Origin: Rhizobiaceae bacterium
Lineage (GTDB): Bacteria; Pseudomonadota; Alphaproteobacteria; Rhizobiales; Rhizobiaceae
NCBI GenBank assembly: GCA_039969995.1
Contig: JBDVMU010000006.1
Coordinates: 5,618-69,617, forward strand
DNA: 64,000 nucleotides
Direction: 5' to 3'
The position numbers and the translations under genes were made by a program. Within the stretch, counting starts at the first letter, position 1, and each line of letters opens with the position of its first letter. The notes under the pieces were generated by a model. That model was not told the DNA's origin. It worked only from the letters and a program-made list of their open reading frames with translations, and ran no database searches. Shown piece by piece: positions 9,735 to 20,469 of this stretch.

Positions 9735-11171
9735 TTACTTGCCATCCGGGTCGGCAACGTCAGATGCACCAGTGGCTGTTGTGCCAGTCGTCATGGTCGT
9801 TGCATCAATGTCCCGCTGGCGGCGACGTTCAAGGCCAACCTTTACCCGCAGGGGCATGATATAGGGGTCCAATGCCTCAATTGATCTTTCCAGTGCACCA
9901 GTCATCTTGCTCACCGTGATCTGGGCAGCCGCTTGCATGGCTTCCAGATCCTTACGATTACGCAGCAGATGCAGGACGTGTCCAGCCAGCATCGCTTCAT
10001 CACGCACCAATCTGGCGCCTCCAGCCTCCAATAGAGCCTGATAGGTATCGCGGAAATTCTGGACATAGCGGCCAGACAGAATTGCCGTATTTGTCATCAC
10101 CGGCTCAATTGGGTTCTGTCCACCCTGCGATTTCAGTGACTTGCCCATGAAAGCGATGTCTGAAAGGCTCAGATAGAGTCCCATCTCGCCAATCGTATCT
10201 CCCAGATAAATGCCTGTTTGGGGGGTGATCGCGTCACCAGCGCTGCGGCTGGCAAAAGCCACTCCCTGGGCATCTAGCTCAGCAACTACTTCAGCATTGC
10301 GATTGGGATGACGCGGAACCAAAATTGTCAATATATCTGGCTCGTGCTCGGCCAACATTTTGTGAACCTCTGCAACGCTGCTCTCTTCCCCTTGATGGGT
10401 ACTCACGGCAATCCAGGTCGGCCGGTCACCAATCGCTGCTTTCAAAGCGCCCAACGTTGCTGGATCGGCATGCGGCGCACCCACATCAACCTTCAAATTG
10501 CCGACAACCGAAACCCAGGGTGCGCCCAAAGAACGGAAACGTTCGCCATCAATCTCCGACTGCGCCAAAACCTGTGACAGATTTCCGAAAATCGCCTGCG
10601 CCAGACTAGGACGTTTCGACCAGCGCATATTCGACCGGTCAGACATGCGGGCGTTGACCAGAATTTGGGGAATATTGCGCTTAGCCAATTCCTGAATGGT
10701 GGTCGGCCAGATTTCAGACTCGGCAAATATCGCAAGATCCGGCTGCCAATGGTCGAGAAACCGGCACACAGCCCGCTTCATGTCCATCGGCACATACTGG
10801 TGAATAGTGCGTTCTGAGATGCGATCCTGAGCGACGTTGGCCGAGGTGACTGTCCCGGTCGTCAGCACCAATGAGATGCCGAAACTTTCCATCCGCTTGA
10901 TCAGCGGCATGATGGCCAGGGACTCTCCGACACTGGCGGCATGCAGCCATACCAACGGACCGTCTGGCCGGTCCCAGCTTGCATAGCCATAGCGCTCACC
11001 GCGCCGTTCGTGATCTTCCTTGCCTTTGCGAGCCCGGGCACGCAGAAACGGACCAGTAAAGGGATAGATCAAAGATCCAACCCCCCGGTATAGTTTCAGC
11101 GTCGTATGTGCCCAGATATCGGTCAACTCAACTCCGTAATCAGAGGCAGGGTGCACAACCCTGCCCAGCAA
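9735..11171 (-). CDS. waaA: 3-deoxy-D-manno-octulosonic acid transferase
   Basis: The 478-aa ORF contains RKGKEDHERRGERYGY...LVWLHAASVGE. The TTG start is uncertain, with an alternative TTG at 11126. Confidence 0.9.
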   Translation of the reverse strand: MLGRVVHPASDYGVELTDIWAHTTLKLYRGVGSLIYPFTGPFLRARARKGKEDHERRGERYGYASWDRPDGPLVWLHAASVGESLAIMPLIKRMESFGISLVLTTGTVTSANVAQDRISERTIHQYVPMDMKRAVCRFLDHWQPDLAIFAESEIWPTTIQELAKRNIPQILVNARMSDRSNMRWSKRPSLAQAIFGNLSQVLAQSEIDGERFRSLGAPWVSVVGNLKVDVGAPHADPATLGALKAAIGDRPTWIAVSTHQGEESSVAEVHKMLAEHEPDILTILVPRHPNRNAEVVAELDAQGVAFASRSAGDAITPQTGIYLGDTIGEMGLYLSLSDIAFMGKSLKSQGGQNPIEPVMTNTAILSGRYVQNFRDTYQALLEAGGARLVRDEAMLAGHVLHLLRNRKDLEAMQAAAQITVSKMTGALERSIEALDPYIMPLRVKVGLERRRQRDIDATTMTTGTTATGASDVADPDGK

Positions 11172-11179
11172 TCGCCAAA

Positions 11180-11416
11180 TCAGCTATCTTCAGGATCCAG
11201 AAGGCGGTGCAGATGCACGACAAAATAACGCATATGGGCGTTGTCGACTGTCGACTGGGCTTTGGCTTTCCAGGCAGCCTTTGCAGATGCGAAGTCAGGG
11301 AAAATACCGACAATGTCGAGACCATCCAGATCACGGAAGGTCAAGCCGTCCAAGCTGTCCAGTTCACCGCCAAATACAAGATGCAGTAATTGTTTCTTTT
11401 CGTCAGATTTACTCAT
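11180..11416 (-). CDS. DUF4170 domain-containing protein
   Basis: The 78-aa ORF contains LLHLVFGGEL...HMRYFVVHLHRL. It sits in the usual position upstream of waaA. Confidence 0.75.
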   Translation of the reverse strand: MSKSDEKKQLLHLVFGGELDSLDGLTFRDLDGLDIVGIFPDFASAKAAWKAKAQSTVDNAHMRYFVVHLHRLLDPEDS

Positions 11417-11465
11417 GGGATTGCTCCGATATTTCCATGTCCGCGCAGTGCCCCAATGACCGCGC

Positions 11466-12278
11466 TCAGCTTTCGCCCGTCTTATTCATTGCCTTTATGG
11501 CGAGATCAAGCATTTCCTTGTGATCATCGGCCCGACAGGCAATTAATGCACCGTGCCGAACGTCCCGGCAATTATAGACGGGCTTATCTCCGGTCAGGTC
11601 GGTCAGGCAGGCCCCGGCTTCATGGGCTATCAGATCGGCAGCCGCCAAATCCCAATCTTTGGCACTGGCCCGAGCCAGCGAAAGATCGGCCTGACCCATG
11701 CCAATCATCGCGATGCGATAGGCCAGAGAAGGCACGAATGGCAGTTTTTCGACGGGCAATTCCCAGTCGCGATCGGTGCTCTTTTGCAAGCTGCGAGGCC
11801 CTGTCACTCTAAGTGGGGAGGGTTTAAGAGAACGAACTGGCCGCATTGGCGCACTGTTACATTTGGCTCCGGCTTCTGCCTGCGCCACAATTGTTTGCTC
11901 CAGCGCCGGGCATTCCAAAATCCCGGCCACCGGGCGCCCGTCTTCGACAACGGCAATACTGATGCACCATTGTGCGGAGCCAGCGATAAACCCGCGTGTT
12001 CCGTCGATTGGATCGACCACAAAAACCCGTTTGGTGTTCAATCGATCATCGTTGTCATCAGTTTCTTCTGATAACCAGCCATAGTCTGGACGGGCTTTTA
12101 GCAGTTCAGCCTTCAAAAACGTATCGACCGCAAAGTCCGCTTCGGAAACGGGAGATTGTCCCTCTTTCATCCAAACTTGCGGGTCTTGGCCGAACCATTT
12201 CATGGCGATTTCGCCGGCTTCGCGTCCAAGATCCGTCAGCAGATCGAGATCATCCTTGTCCCGTTCAGCGTCCGGCAA
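11466..12278 (-). CDS. Inositol monophosphatase family protein (CysQ-like 3'(2'),5'-bisphosphate nucleotidase)
   Basis: The 270-aa ORF has the motifs WLSEETDD and VVDPIDGTRGF. Confidence 0.85.
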   Translation of the reverse strand: MPDAERDKDDLDLLTDLGREAGEIAMKWFGQDPQVWMKEGQSPVSEADFAVDTFLKAELLKARPDYGWLSEETDDNDDRLNTKRVFVVDPIDGTRGFIAGSAQWCISIAVVEDGRPVAGILECPALEQTIVAQAEAGAKCNSAPMRPVRSLKPSPLRVTGPRSLQKSTDRDWELPVEKLPFVPSLAYRIAMIGMGQADLSLARASAKDWDLAAADLIAHEAGACLTDLTGDKPVYNCRDVRHGALIACRADDHKEMLDLAIKAMNKTGES

Positions 12279-13608
12279 GAGTCATTCCTTCAATCATCAC
12301 CGTAGGTGCGTTGGTGCCATACCGTGTCTCAAGGTCATTTGCAGGTTCCATTGCCGCGAACATTTCCTTGAGGTTTCCGGCAATGGTAATTTCACTGACC
12401 GCAAAGGTGAGCTCGCCATTTTCAATCCAATAACCGCTGGCGCCGCGGGAGTAATCGCCGGTAATCATGTTGACCCCCTGTCCAATCAGCTCAGTGGCAT
12501 AGAAGCCGCTTTTTAATCCCTTGATCATTTCTTCAGGTGAGCGTTTTCCTGCCTGGAGTGTGACATTGGTGCTGCCGGGCGAAGTGCCGCTGCCAGCGCG
12601 GCTAGCACGACCGTTGGTTACAAGCCCCAGCTCGCGTGCCGTTGAGGAATCCAAAAGCCAGTGGTTCAGCACACCGTCTTCGGCCAATAGCAAGTCCTGC
12701 CCGGCAATCCCTTCGCCATCAAATGGACGTGACGACAAACCCCGCTTGATGTGGGGCTGGTCGATAATGGAGACGCCGGGGGCAAAAACCCGTTCACCCA
12801 TGCGATCTTTCAATAAAGACGTACCCCGGACAATGGCTGAACCATTGATGGCGCTGGTGAAGTGACCCACCAATCCCCGTGCGATTCTGGGGTCATAAAT
12901 TACTGCGGTCGTCTGGGTTTCCACCTGGCGCGGACTCACCCGCTTGGCAGCGCGCTGGCCAGCCTTTTCACCAATATCAGCGGCGGAGCGAAGATCGTTT
13001 AGGTGGTGCTGACTATCAAAGTCGTAATCGCGTTCCATGCTGCCATCGCTCTCAGCCACAACCGAGACCGAAAGGCTGAAACGGCTGGCTCGATAGGAAC
13101 CTACAAATCCGTCACTGGTTGCCAGGACCGAGCCGCCCAGTCCGCGACCAAAGGAAGCCCCCGATGATTTTGACACACCATCAACTTCCAATGCAGCAGC
13201 CTCACAGGCGAGTGCCGCGTCCCGCATCGTATCAAAATCCGGTTCAGAATCGTCAAACATGTCGAGGTCAGGGAAATCTCTTGCCAGGTGTTCGGCGTCG
13301 GCAAGACCTGCATATTTGTCCGCCGGAGAAACCTTTGCCATTGCAACAACGCGGGCCGCCAGTTCGGCCGGGTCACCACTCATATTGGCTGACACAGCCG
13401 CTGAACGATCGCCGACAAAGGCGCGCAAGGAAAAGGAATTATTTTCCGCACCTTCGGATTCTTCAATAGCACCATCGCGCACCTCGACACCGGTCGAACG
13501 GCTTGCTGCAACAATGGCATCGCAAGCATCTGCTCCAGCTCGTTTGGCGGCTTCCACCAGAGCGGCAGCTCTGTCTTGTAATTGGGTTAGGTCAAAAGAA
13601 TCAGACAA
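12265..13608 (-). CDS. TldD/PmbA family metalloprotease
   Basis: The 447-aa ORF shows family-typical composition. Its end overlaps the downstream gene by 14 nt. Confidence 0.88.
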   Translation of the reverse strand: MSDSFDLTQLQDRAAALVEAAKRAGADACDAIVAASRSTGVEVRDGAIEESEGAENNSFSLRAFVGDRSAAVSANMSGDPAELAARVVAMAKVSPADKYAGLADAEHLARDFPDLDMFDDSEPDFDTMRDAALACEAAALEVDGVSKSSGASFGRGLGGSVLATSDGFVGSYRASRFSLSVSVVAESDGSMERDYDFDSQHHLNDLRSAADIGEKAGQRAAKRVSPRQVETQTTAVIYDPRIARGLVGHFTSAINGSAIVRGTSLLKDRMGERVFAPGVSIIDQPHIKRGLSSRPFDGEGIAGQDLLLAEDGVLNHWLLDSSTARELGLVTNGRASRAGSGTSPGSTNVTLQAGKRSPEEMIKGLKSGFYATELIGQGVNMITGDYSRGASGYWIENGELTFAVSEITIAGNLKEMFAAMEPANDLETRYGTNAPTVMIEGMTLAGR

Positions 13609-13731
13609 AGCATATCCATCGGTCTCACTTGCCCCCGTTTACGCACTGCGCGGAATTGCTTCAAGGGTTTAGCTTCTATAGGTGCCAAATTCTTGCTACG
13701 AATGGCGCAAATCCAACCGGCTCGATTCTGT

Positions 13732-15528
13732 ATGGCAGACGGCTCCAATATCATCCTCGACGCCGTGGTCATTCTCGGAGGTGCGGCAATTGCCGCCCCG
13801 CTGTTTAAGCGCATCGGCTTGGGGACGGTTCTGGGTTACCTCGCGGTCGGCATCATTTTGGGGCCAATTCTGCAGTATATATCAGATGGCGAACAGATCC
13901 TGCACGTGGCCGAACTTGGTGTTGTACTTCTGCTGTTCATCGTCGGGCTGGAACTGAACCCGTCGCGACTGTGGGACATGCGGCGACAAATATTCGGGCT
14001 TGGTGCGTCGCAGGTTGTCATCAGCGGCATCATATTATCTGTACTGGCTTGGCAAATCTATTTCTCCTGGAATGCTGCCATCGTAGTGGGCTTTGGCCTG
14101 GCGCTCTCCTCCACAGCCTTTGCACTGCAATTGCTGGAAGATTCCAATGAAGACCGCCTGCCCCATGGCAAAAAGGCATTCAGCATTCTCTTATTCCAGG
14201 ATCTGGCAATTGCGCCACTGCTTGTCGCCGTCCCCTTGCTTGCTGCAGGAACCATGGAATTCTCTAGCGAAGGGCTTTGGCAACTCGGCATCGCCGCAGG
14301 CTGCCTGATCGCGTTGATTGCTGCTGGCCGCTATGCACTCAATCCCTTGTTCCACATTATCGCCGATACCGGAGCCCGCGAGGCGATGATCGCAGCGGCT
14401 CTTTTTGTGGTGATTGCCTCAGCCGTTTTGATGCAATTTGCCGGCCTTTCCATGGCTATGGGAGCCTTCGTTGCGGGTGTCATGTTGGCGGAGTCGAGTT
14501 ATCGCCACGAACTGGAAGCCGATATTGAGCCGTTTCGCGGAATTTTGCTTGGCCTGTTTTTTGTCGCGGTGGGTCTTGCGGTCAATCTCGAGATTGTCTG
14601 GAACAATCTGCAATGGATTGTGATAATTGTTCCTGCAGCTATGGCGATCAAAGGCATCGTCATATATGGGCTCTGCCGAATTTTTGAAACCAGTCACAAT
14701 GACTCCATTCGCGTGGCTTTCGTGTTACCGCAACATGGGGAATTTGCATTCGTGCTGTTTTCTGCAGCAGTGAGCGTCGCTCTTCTCACCCCGCAGGAAT
14801 CCTCCTTTCTGATAGCCTGCGTAACACTTTCAATGGCGCTGACGCCGATTTCGGTCAAACTGGGCTCGCTGCTCATACGTCACGACGACAATGAACATAT
14901 GGAAGAAGATTTTGAGGGCGCTGGTTCCAACGTCATGATGATTGGATTTTCTCGGCTCGGCCAGATTGCGGCGCAAACGCTGCTGGCTGGCGGGTGCGAT
15001 GTTACCGTCCTCGACAACAGTGCTGAGCGAATTCGTCAGGCTCAACGATTTGGTTTCCGCATCTATTTTGGCGATGGCACACGCCATGATGTCCTGCGCG
15101 CGGCGGGAATTGAAAAGGCCGAAATCATAGCGATTTGCACTCACTCACAAGAGATTACAGACCGCATTGTAGACTTGGTGTCGCGAGAATATCCCAAAGC
15201 CAAACTCTACGTGCGTTCTTATGACCGTGGGCATTCGCTTGATCTGTTACAACGCCCCGGTCTGTGGGAGATTCGCGAGACTTTCGAATCCGCCCTGGTC
15301 ATGGGACATGCCCTGTTGGAAGGCATTGGCATGTCCCACGAAGAGGCTACGGATATTGTCGAGGATGTACGTCGACGCGATGGCGAAAGACTAAAGCTGC
15401 AGCTGAAAGATGGCTGGCTCGCGGGGCGTGAAAACCTGCACTCTGCTCCTGTGCCAGAACCATTGGTTCAACCGCGCCATCAGGGCCAGGCGATCAGCTC
15501 TGAAACAGAAGAAATCCTGGAGGAATAA
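13732..15528 (+). CDS. Monovalent cation:proton antiporter-2 (CPA2) family, KefB/KefC-like K+ efflux protein with a C-terminal TrkA-N domain
   Basis: The ORF is 13693..15528. I chose the ATG at 13732 (MADGSNIILDAVVILGGAAIAAPLFKRIGLGTVLGYL). A Rossmann motif (MMIGFSRLG) lies in the C-terminal part. Confidence 0.9.
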   Translation: MADGSNIILDAVVILGGAAIAAPLFKRIGLGTVLGYLAVGIILGPILQYISDGEQILHVAELGVVLLLFIVGLELNPSRLWDMRRQIFGLGASQVVISGIILSVLAWQIYFSWNAAIVVGFGLALSSTAFALQLLEDSNEDRLPHGKKAFSILLFQDLAIAPLLVAVPLLAAGTMEFSSEGLWQLGIAAGCLIALIAAGRYALNPLFHIIADTGAREAMIAAALFVVIASAVLMQFAGLSMAMGAFVAGVMLAESSYRHELEADIEPFRGILLGLFFVAVGLAVNLEIVWNNLQWIVIIVPAAMAIKGIVIYGLCRIFETSHNDSIRVAFVLPQHGEFAFVLFSAAVSVALLTPQESSFLIACVTLSMALTPISVKLGSLLIRHDDNEHMEEDFEGAGSNVMMIGFSRLGQIAAQTLLAGGCDVTVLDNSAERIRQAQRFGFRIYFGDGTRHDVLRAAGIEKAEIIAICTHSQEITDRIVDLVSREYPKAKLYVRSYDRGHSLDLLQRPGLWEIRETFESALVMGHALLEGIGMSHEEATDIVEDVRRRDGERLKLQLKDGWLAGRENLHSAPVPEPLVQPRHQGQAISSETEEILEE

Positions 15529-17012
15529 TGGCCGCTGACAATAAAGCAGCCTTCACCACAGGCAGCACGATGCGTCACGTGGTTGTCATGACCGCGACCT
15601 CGTCAATTGGCCTGGTTTCGATCTTCTTCGTCGACATCATCAACTTGTTTTACATTTCGCTGCTCGGCCAACAGGAGCTCGCCGCAGCAATTGGGTACGC
15701 CGCGACGATTATGTTCTTTTCCGTCTCGGTCTGCATCGGAATTTCCATCGCGACTGCAGCTCTCGTTGGTCGGGCGCTGGGCGCTGAGGACAACGACCGC
15801 GCCCGCAGCCGTGCGACCTCATCGCTGGTCTATCTGTTGATTACAACAATCTTGCTGGCCTTGGCGCTCTACCCTGCATTGCCTCTACTGCTCAATTTGC
15901 TCGGTGCGCAGGGCGAAACCCTGCAACTGGCGCTAGGCTTTATGCAAATTGTTGTACCCTCTATTCCCTTGCTTGGCCTTGGTATGTGCCTGGGTGCTCT
16001 TCTGCGTGCGAAAGGAGATCCGAAACGCGCAATGTATGTCACCCTTTCGGGGGGCCTGGCAGCCCTGGTACTCGATCCAATTTTCATCTTTGGTTTTGAT
16101 ATGGGCATTTTCGGCGCGGCCGCCGCTACGGTTTGCGTTCGGCTGATCCTTGCGCTGGTAGGGCTTTGGGGAGTGATCAAGGTTCACAACATGTTGGGCC
16201 GTTTCAATGTCGCCGATGCCATATCTGACTTCCGTCCTTTCCTAACGATTGCCGTTCCCGCAATTGCAACCCAATTGGCCACTCCCGTCGGCAACGCTTA
16301 TGTCACCAGTTCTATCGCCGAATTTGGCGATGATGCGGTGGCAGGTTGGGCGATAATCGGCCGCATTCTGCCGGTTGCATTTGGGGTGATTTTTGCCCTG
16401 TCTGGATCGGTGGGGCCGATTCTCAGCCAGAACTATGGCGCACGCGAATGTGGACGGGTGAGTTCCACAATGCGGGATGCTTTGCTGTTCACACTGATTT
16501 ACTGCCTGGTCGTTTGGTTGTTGCTAGCGTTGGCCAATCCGTGGATCATTTCGGTGTTCGATGCGCAGGGTTCAGCGGCGAGCTTGGTCTACATTTTCTG
16601 TGTCTTTGTAGCGGGCTCCTATTTGTTCAACGGCGCCCTGTTTGTTGCCAACGCGGCTTTCAACAATCTCGGCTTTCCCATCTATGCCACCGTGTTCAAC
16701 TGGGGGCGTGCCACGTTGGGAATTATTCCATTCGTCATGGTGGGCAGCCAGTATGGTGCGGAAGGTGTGTTAATCGGTTGGGGGCTGGGAGCGGTTGTCT
16801 TTGGAATCGGTGGCGCCGCGATGGCGTTTCATCAAATCCGCAAATTGCCAGAACGTGAGGTTGAGAATGACTCCCTTGGGCGAACCAATCTGCCGCCCAC
16901 GGCCAATTCGCCATTTACGTCAGGCAAGGGAGCCAGTTTCGCGGTTGAGCCGATTCCGCGTGGCCCGGCGCTTTCAACCGAAGAAAAGTCTAAAAACTCC
17001 AAAAAACTGTAA
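15528..17012 (+). CDS. MATE family efflux transporter
   Basis: The 494-aa polytopic ORF starts in a TAATG overlap with the kef-like stop codon. Confidence 0.85.
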   Translation: MAADNKAAFTTGSTMRHVVVMTATSSIGLVSIFFVDIINLFYISLLGQQELAAAIGYAATIMFFSVSVCIGISIATAALVGRALGAEDNDRARSRATSSLVYLLITTILLALALYPALPLLLNLLGAQGETLQLALGFMQIVVPSIPLLGLGMCLGALLRAKGDPKRAMYVTLSGGLAALVLDPIFIFGFDMGIFGAAAATVCVRLILALVGLWGVIKVHNMLGRFNVADAISDFRPFLTIAVPAIATQLATPVGNAYVTSSIAEFGDDAVAGWAIIGRILPVAFGVIFALSGSVGPILSQNYGARECGRVSSTMRDALLFTLIYCLVVWLLLALANPWIISVFDAQGSAASLVYIFCVFVAGSYLFNGALFVANAAFNNLGFPIYATVFNWGRATLGIIPFVMVGSQYGAEGVLIGWGLGAVVFGIGGAAMAFHQIRKLPEREVENDSLGRTNLPPTANSPFTSGKGASFAVEPIPRGPALSTEEKSKNSKKL

Positions 17013-17084
17013 TCGCTTCACTGACCGGCTACGGTTATGCGCCGCCGGGGGTCACACGCCGCCGATGGGCCCTCGCCGCTGCGG

Positions 17085-17849
17085 CTAAAAGGTCGAACCT
17101 TTAAGCTTGTCGTAAATGCCTCGGCGCATCAGTCTTGTCGCCAGACCGGGCATCATTTTTCCAAACAGCGCAGCCAGATAGGCCTTGGTACCAGGGTAAT
17201 AGGTCTTGGAATTGCCCTTGGCTGCCCGAAGTATCAACTTGGCCATTTTTTGCGGGGCCATTCGTTTAGACGCCTTGGAGCCTTCGGGGGCATGCCTTTG
17301 GGCATGAGCGGTATTGATTGGCCCTGGAAACACAGTCAACACCCGCACCCGCTCCTTCTTGAAAGCCTGGGCAGCGCATCGAGCATATCCCGCCCGACCG
17401 TCTTTGGTGGCAGCGTAGACTGCTGCGCCCGGATAACCCATGGCGTGAGAAAGAGAAGAGATGAAGACAATCTTTGACTTCCGGCCCATCAGCTCTTTTC
17501 CGACCAATCGGGAAGCCAGATAAATTGGCGCGAACAAATTAACAGCAATCAACTTGTCATAAGCGGCCTCCGGAATTTCTTCGAATTTGCCGGTTGCGCT
17601 GATGCCAGCATTGAGGAACACAAGATCGAATGGGGGCTGCCCCTGGAAACTTGTCAAAAGCCGTTGGATTGAATCGGCGCTTTCCAGGTCGACGAAGCGT
17701 ATGGTGCAGGCACCACGATGTGCCATTGGCATGTTTTCCAGCGTATCGGTTTCCCGATCTGCAGCAACAACTTGGTGGCCTTGTCGCAACAACTCTTCAG
17801 TGAGCGCGCGCCCCAATCCATGGGCAGCTCCGGTAATCAGAACTCTCAT
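17085..17849 (-). CDS. SDR family oxidoreductase
   Basis: The product begins MRVLITGAAHGLGRAL. Its start overlaps the upstream SDR gene's stop in an ATGA sequence. Confidence 0.85.
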   Translation of the reverse strand: MRVLITGAAHGLGRALTEELLRQGHQVVAADRETDTLENMPMAHRGACTIRFVDLESADSIQRLLTSFQGQPPFDLVFLNAGISATGKFEEIPEAAYDKLIAVNLFAPIYLASRLVGKELMGRKSKIVFISSLSHAMGYPGAAVYAATKDGRAGYARCAAQAFKKERVRVLTVFPGPINTAHAQRHAPEGSKASKRMAPQKMAKLILRAAKGNSKTYYPGTKAYLAALFGKMMPGLATRLMRRGIYDKLKGSTF

Positions 17850-18589
17850 AATTGCCCCTTTCCAGCCCACGAAAAGCGGGCCATGAAACAGGCGAACCTG
17901 GTAATCATCTTGCGCCCGTCATTGCCACGGCGAATGGCAACCTGAATGGCTCGAGTGACCTTTTTTGGCGACATGAAGAAAAGACGAAGAATGGGGATAT
18001 TCAACCCAGCCTTGGCGTGCATTCGGGTCCTCGTTGGTCCTGGATGGACGATCATGACGTTTGCTCTGCCTCGCCACTCTTCGCGCAAGGAACGACATAG
18101 GCCATCAAGCGCAGCTTTTGTTGCAACATAAGTCGCGAACTGGCCCTGCGCCTTGCCGACAGAGGTAGACCCCACCATAACCAATCGCCCCTTGGCGGCG
18201 AACAACATTGGAGCAAGTGCCAACGTCAGATGAATTGGCGCGGCAATGTTGACTTTCAACTGTTCGCCAATCGTATTGATCGGTTCATCATAGGGAGGAC
18301 CAGTCCAAGCTGTTGCTCCATTGAGAATTGCAAGATCAAGTTGCGCCCAACCCATATCCTGCATGATCGCCAGTATGGTTGCAGCCGCATGGCGCGGATC
18401 GCTCTGATCGGCCATCACATAGGTGACGTTGGGAGATTTGAAGAATTCCTCATCATTGGCAATTCCTCGTCGGCCAGTTGCAAGCACGTGATGGCCCCGT
18501 CTTGCATAGGCGCGAGCAAGCAGCAGACCAATCCCGTCGGTTGCACCAGTTACCAAAACCGTATGGGGCCGAGCATTCTTCTTAGCCAT
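17846..18589 (-). CDS. SDR family NAD(P)-dependent oxidoreductase
   Basis: The product begins MAKKNARPHTVLVTGATDGIGLLLA from the ATG at 18589. It overlaps the ribF stop by 8 nt. Confidence 0.85.
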   Translation of the reverse strand: MAKKNARPHTVLVTGATDGIGLLLARAYARRGHHVLATGRRGIANDEEFFKSPNVTYVMADQSDPRHAAATILAIMQDMGWAQLDLAILNGATAWTGPPYDEPINTIGEQLKVNIAAPIHLTLALAPMLFAAKGRLVMVGSTSVGKAQGQFATYVATKAALDGLCRSLREEWRGRANVMIVHPGPTRTRMHAKAGLNIPILRLFFMSPKKVTRAIQVAIRRGNDGRKMITRFACFMARFSWAGKGQL

Positions 18590-19604
18590 TGGCTTGGACT
18601 CCGGCGCCAAAGTTCAGGGCAGCGTCCAATTCCGAAAGTGCATCAGAGTTGGCGAGACACTGTCGCGCCCGCAAGGAATCTTTATCCATCTGGATGACCA
18701 ACTCACCGGCAGACTCAAATTTCAGTTCGGGGCGCAAATAATCCAGCAATGTAACGGATATTTCTTCCCCATAGATATCTCGATCAAAGTCGAAAATGAA
18801 CGTTTCCAGCAGAGCCCGCCCATTATCGAAAGTTGGTCGACGTCCATAACTGGCAACGCCGTGATGAAGACTTCCATCAGCCGTTCGCAAGTGTACGGCG
18901 TAGATTCCGTGAGCCAGATGGCAGTTTTGCGCCAACTCAAGATTGGCGGTAGGATAGTTCAATGTACGCCCCAGCTGGGCCCCTTTGATCACCTTGCCGC
19001 TGACCAGCCAACGGTACCCCAGAAGTTGCGCAGCGGCGTCAACGTCTCCAGCTCCCAGCAGCCGGCGGATACGGCTCGATGAGATGATGTCGGGCCCATT
19101 GTCTTGGTTGTCGCCGCCTTCATCGGTTTTGGCGTCCACGATCGTCACACCAAAGCCAAATGTCTGGCCAGCTTGGCGAAGGAAATCGGGAGATCCCGCG
19201 CGGTTTTTGCCAAAATGAAAGTTGAAGCCCGACACAACATGAGAGGCTCGGGCGCGCCCCACCAACAATTCTTTGACGAAGTCTTCCGCGCTGGTACCAG
19301 CCAAATCGCGCGTGAACTCAAGAACCAGAAGCCCGTCGACGCCAAATGCCTGTAACACCCGGGCCTTCAACGGCTCTTCAGTCAAACGGAAGACAGGCGA
19401 ATCTGGATTGAACAGTGTTCTGGGGTGAGGTTCGAACGACAGCGCGAAGCATTGAACACCCTTATCGCGGGCAATCGCCAACGCTTGCTCCAGCACAACT
19501 TGATGGCCACGATGCACCCCATCAAAATTGCCAATTGCGATGACGGATCCGGCTTGATCATCCGCAACGGGCTTGTCCAACTGGTGGTGATAAAAAGAAC
19601 TCAT
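18582..19604 (-). CDS. ribF: Bifunctional riboflavin kinase / FAD synthetase
   Basis: The 340-aa ORF has IAIGNFDGVHRGHQ at the N-terminus and a C-terminal riboflavin kinase domain. Confidence 0.92.
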   Translation of the reverse strand: MSSFYHHQLDKPVADDQAGSVIAIGNFDGVHRGHQVVLEQALAIARDKGVQCFALSFEPHPRTLFNPDSPVFRLTEEPLKARVLQAFGVDGLLVLEFTRDLAGTSAEDFVKELLVGRARASHVVSGFNFHFGKNRAGSPDFLRQAGQTFGFGVTIVDAKTDEGGDNQDNGPDIISSSRIRRLLGAGDVDAAAQLLGYRWLVSGKVIKGAQLGRTLNYPTANLELAQNCHLAHGIYAVHLRTADGSLHHGVASYGRRPTFDNGRALLETFIFDFDRDIYGEEISVTLLDYLRPELKFESAGELVIQMDKDSLRARQCLANSDALSELDAALNFGAGVQANG

Positions 19605-19608
19605 CTAG

Positions 19609-20469
19609 CTATGCGTTCCAACGCAAACGAGGCATCCAGACACTCGGATCTACCTTTTGCCGTACCAAAAACTGTTCCAAAGCAGCTTCATCCGGGTTCT
19701 CAGCAGGGCCATATTCATTGCTATGTATTCCTGCAGAAATATACAACAAATCAAACCCGTTCGACAAAGCACCGGCCACATCCGTCGGCATGCCATCACC
19801 GATGCAAATCACCTCGGCCTGTTCGGTGGCGCTGCCATTAAGATCGCGCAATCGCTCCATTGCCAGTGTATATATCGGAGCATGCGGCTTGCCTGCAACC
19901 AGCGTTCGACCTCCTAGTTCCTGATAGAGTTGGGCCAAGGACCCCGCGCAATAGATCAACCGATCGCCTCGCTCGACAATGAGATCAGGATTGGCGCAGA
20001 TGAATGGAACATCACGGTCGGCAAGCTTTTGCAGGCGTTGCCGATAGTGGTCCGGGGTCTCCACCTCGTCTTCAAACAGGCCGGTACAAACCACCGCCTG
20101 ACAATTATCTTCGTCAACAAATTGCTTGCCAAGCCCATCGAACAAAGGAATGTCGCGCGCCGGGCCCAAGTGAAACAATGGGCCTTCGGCTTCTGCAATT
20201 AACGTCCGTGTTACATCTCCAGAGGTAACAATGTCGTCAAAAGCTGAGCGATCGACCCGCAATTCATCCAACTGCGCAAGCACACCTTGGTTGGGCCGGG
20301 GCGAATTGGTCAGCAAAACCACCTGGCCGCCGTTCTCGCGATACTTAATCAAAGCCTGTTCGGCTTCGCGATATACAGATTGGCCGTTATGCAGCACTCC
20401 CCAAACATCGCACAGAATGGCGCGATAATCTGAGGCTATCGCGCTCAGGCCTGATATGCGTCTCGACAT
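19609..20469 (-). CDS. HAD-superfamily class IIA hydrolase (TIGR01459-like)
   Basis: The 286-aa ORF has ILCDVWGVLHNG and LLTNSPR motifs. Confidence 0.85.
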   Translation of the reverse strand: MSRRISGLSAIASDYRAILCDVWGVLHNGQSVYREAEQALIKYRENGGQVVLLTNSPRPNQGVLAQLDELRVDRSAFDDIVTSGDVTRTLIAEAEGPLFHLGPARDIPLFDGLGKQFVDEDNCQAVVCTGLFEDEVETPDHYRQRLQKLADRDVPFICANPDLIVERGDRLIYCAGSLAQLYQELGGRTLVAGKPHAPIYTLAMERLRDLNGSATEQAEVICIGDGMPTDVAGALSNGFDLLYISAGIHSNEYGPAENPDEAALEQFLVRQKVDPSVWMPRLRWNA

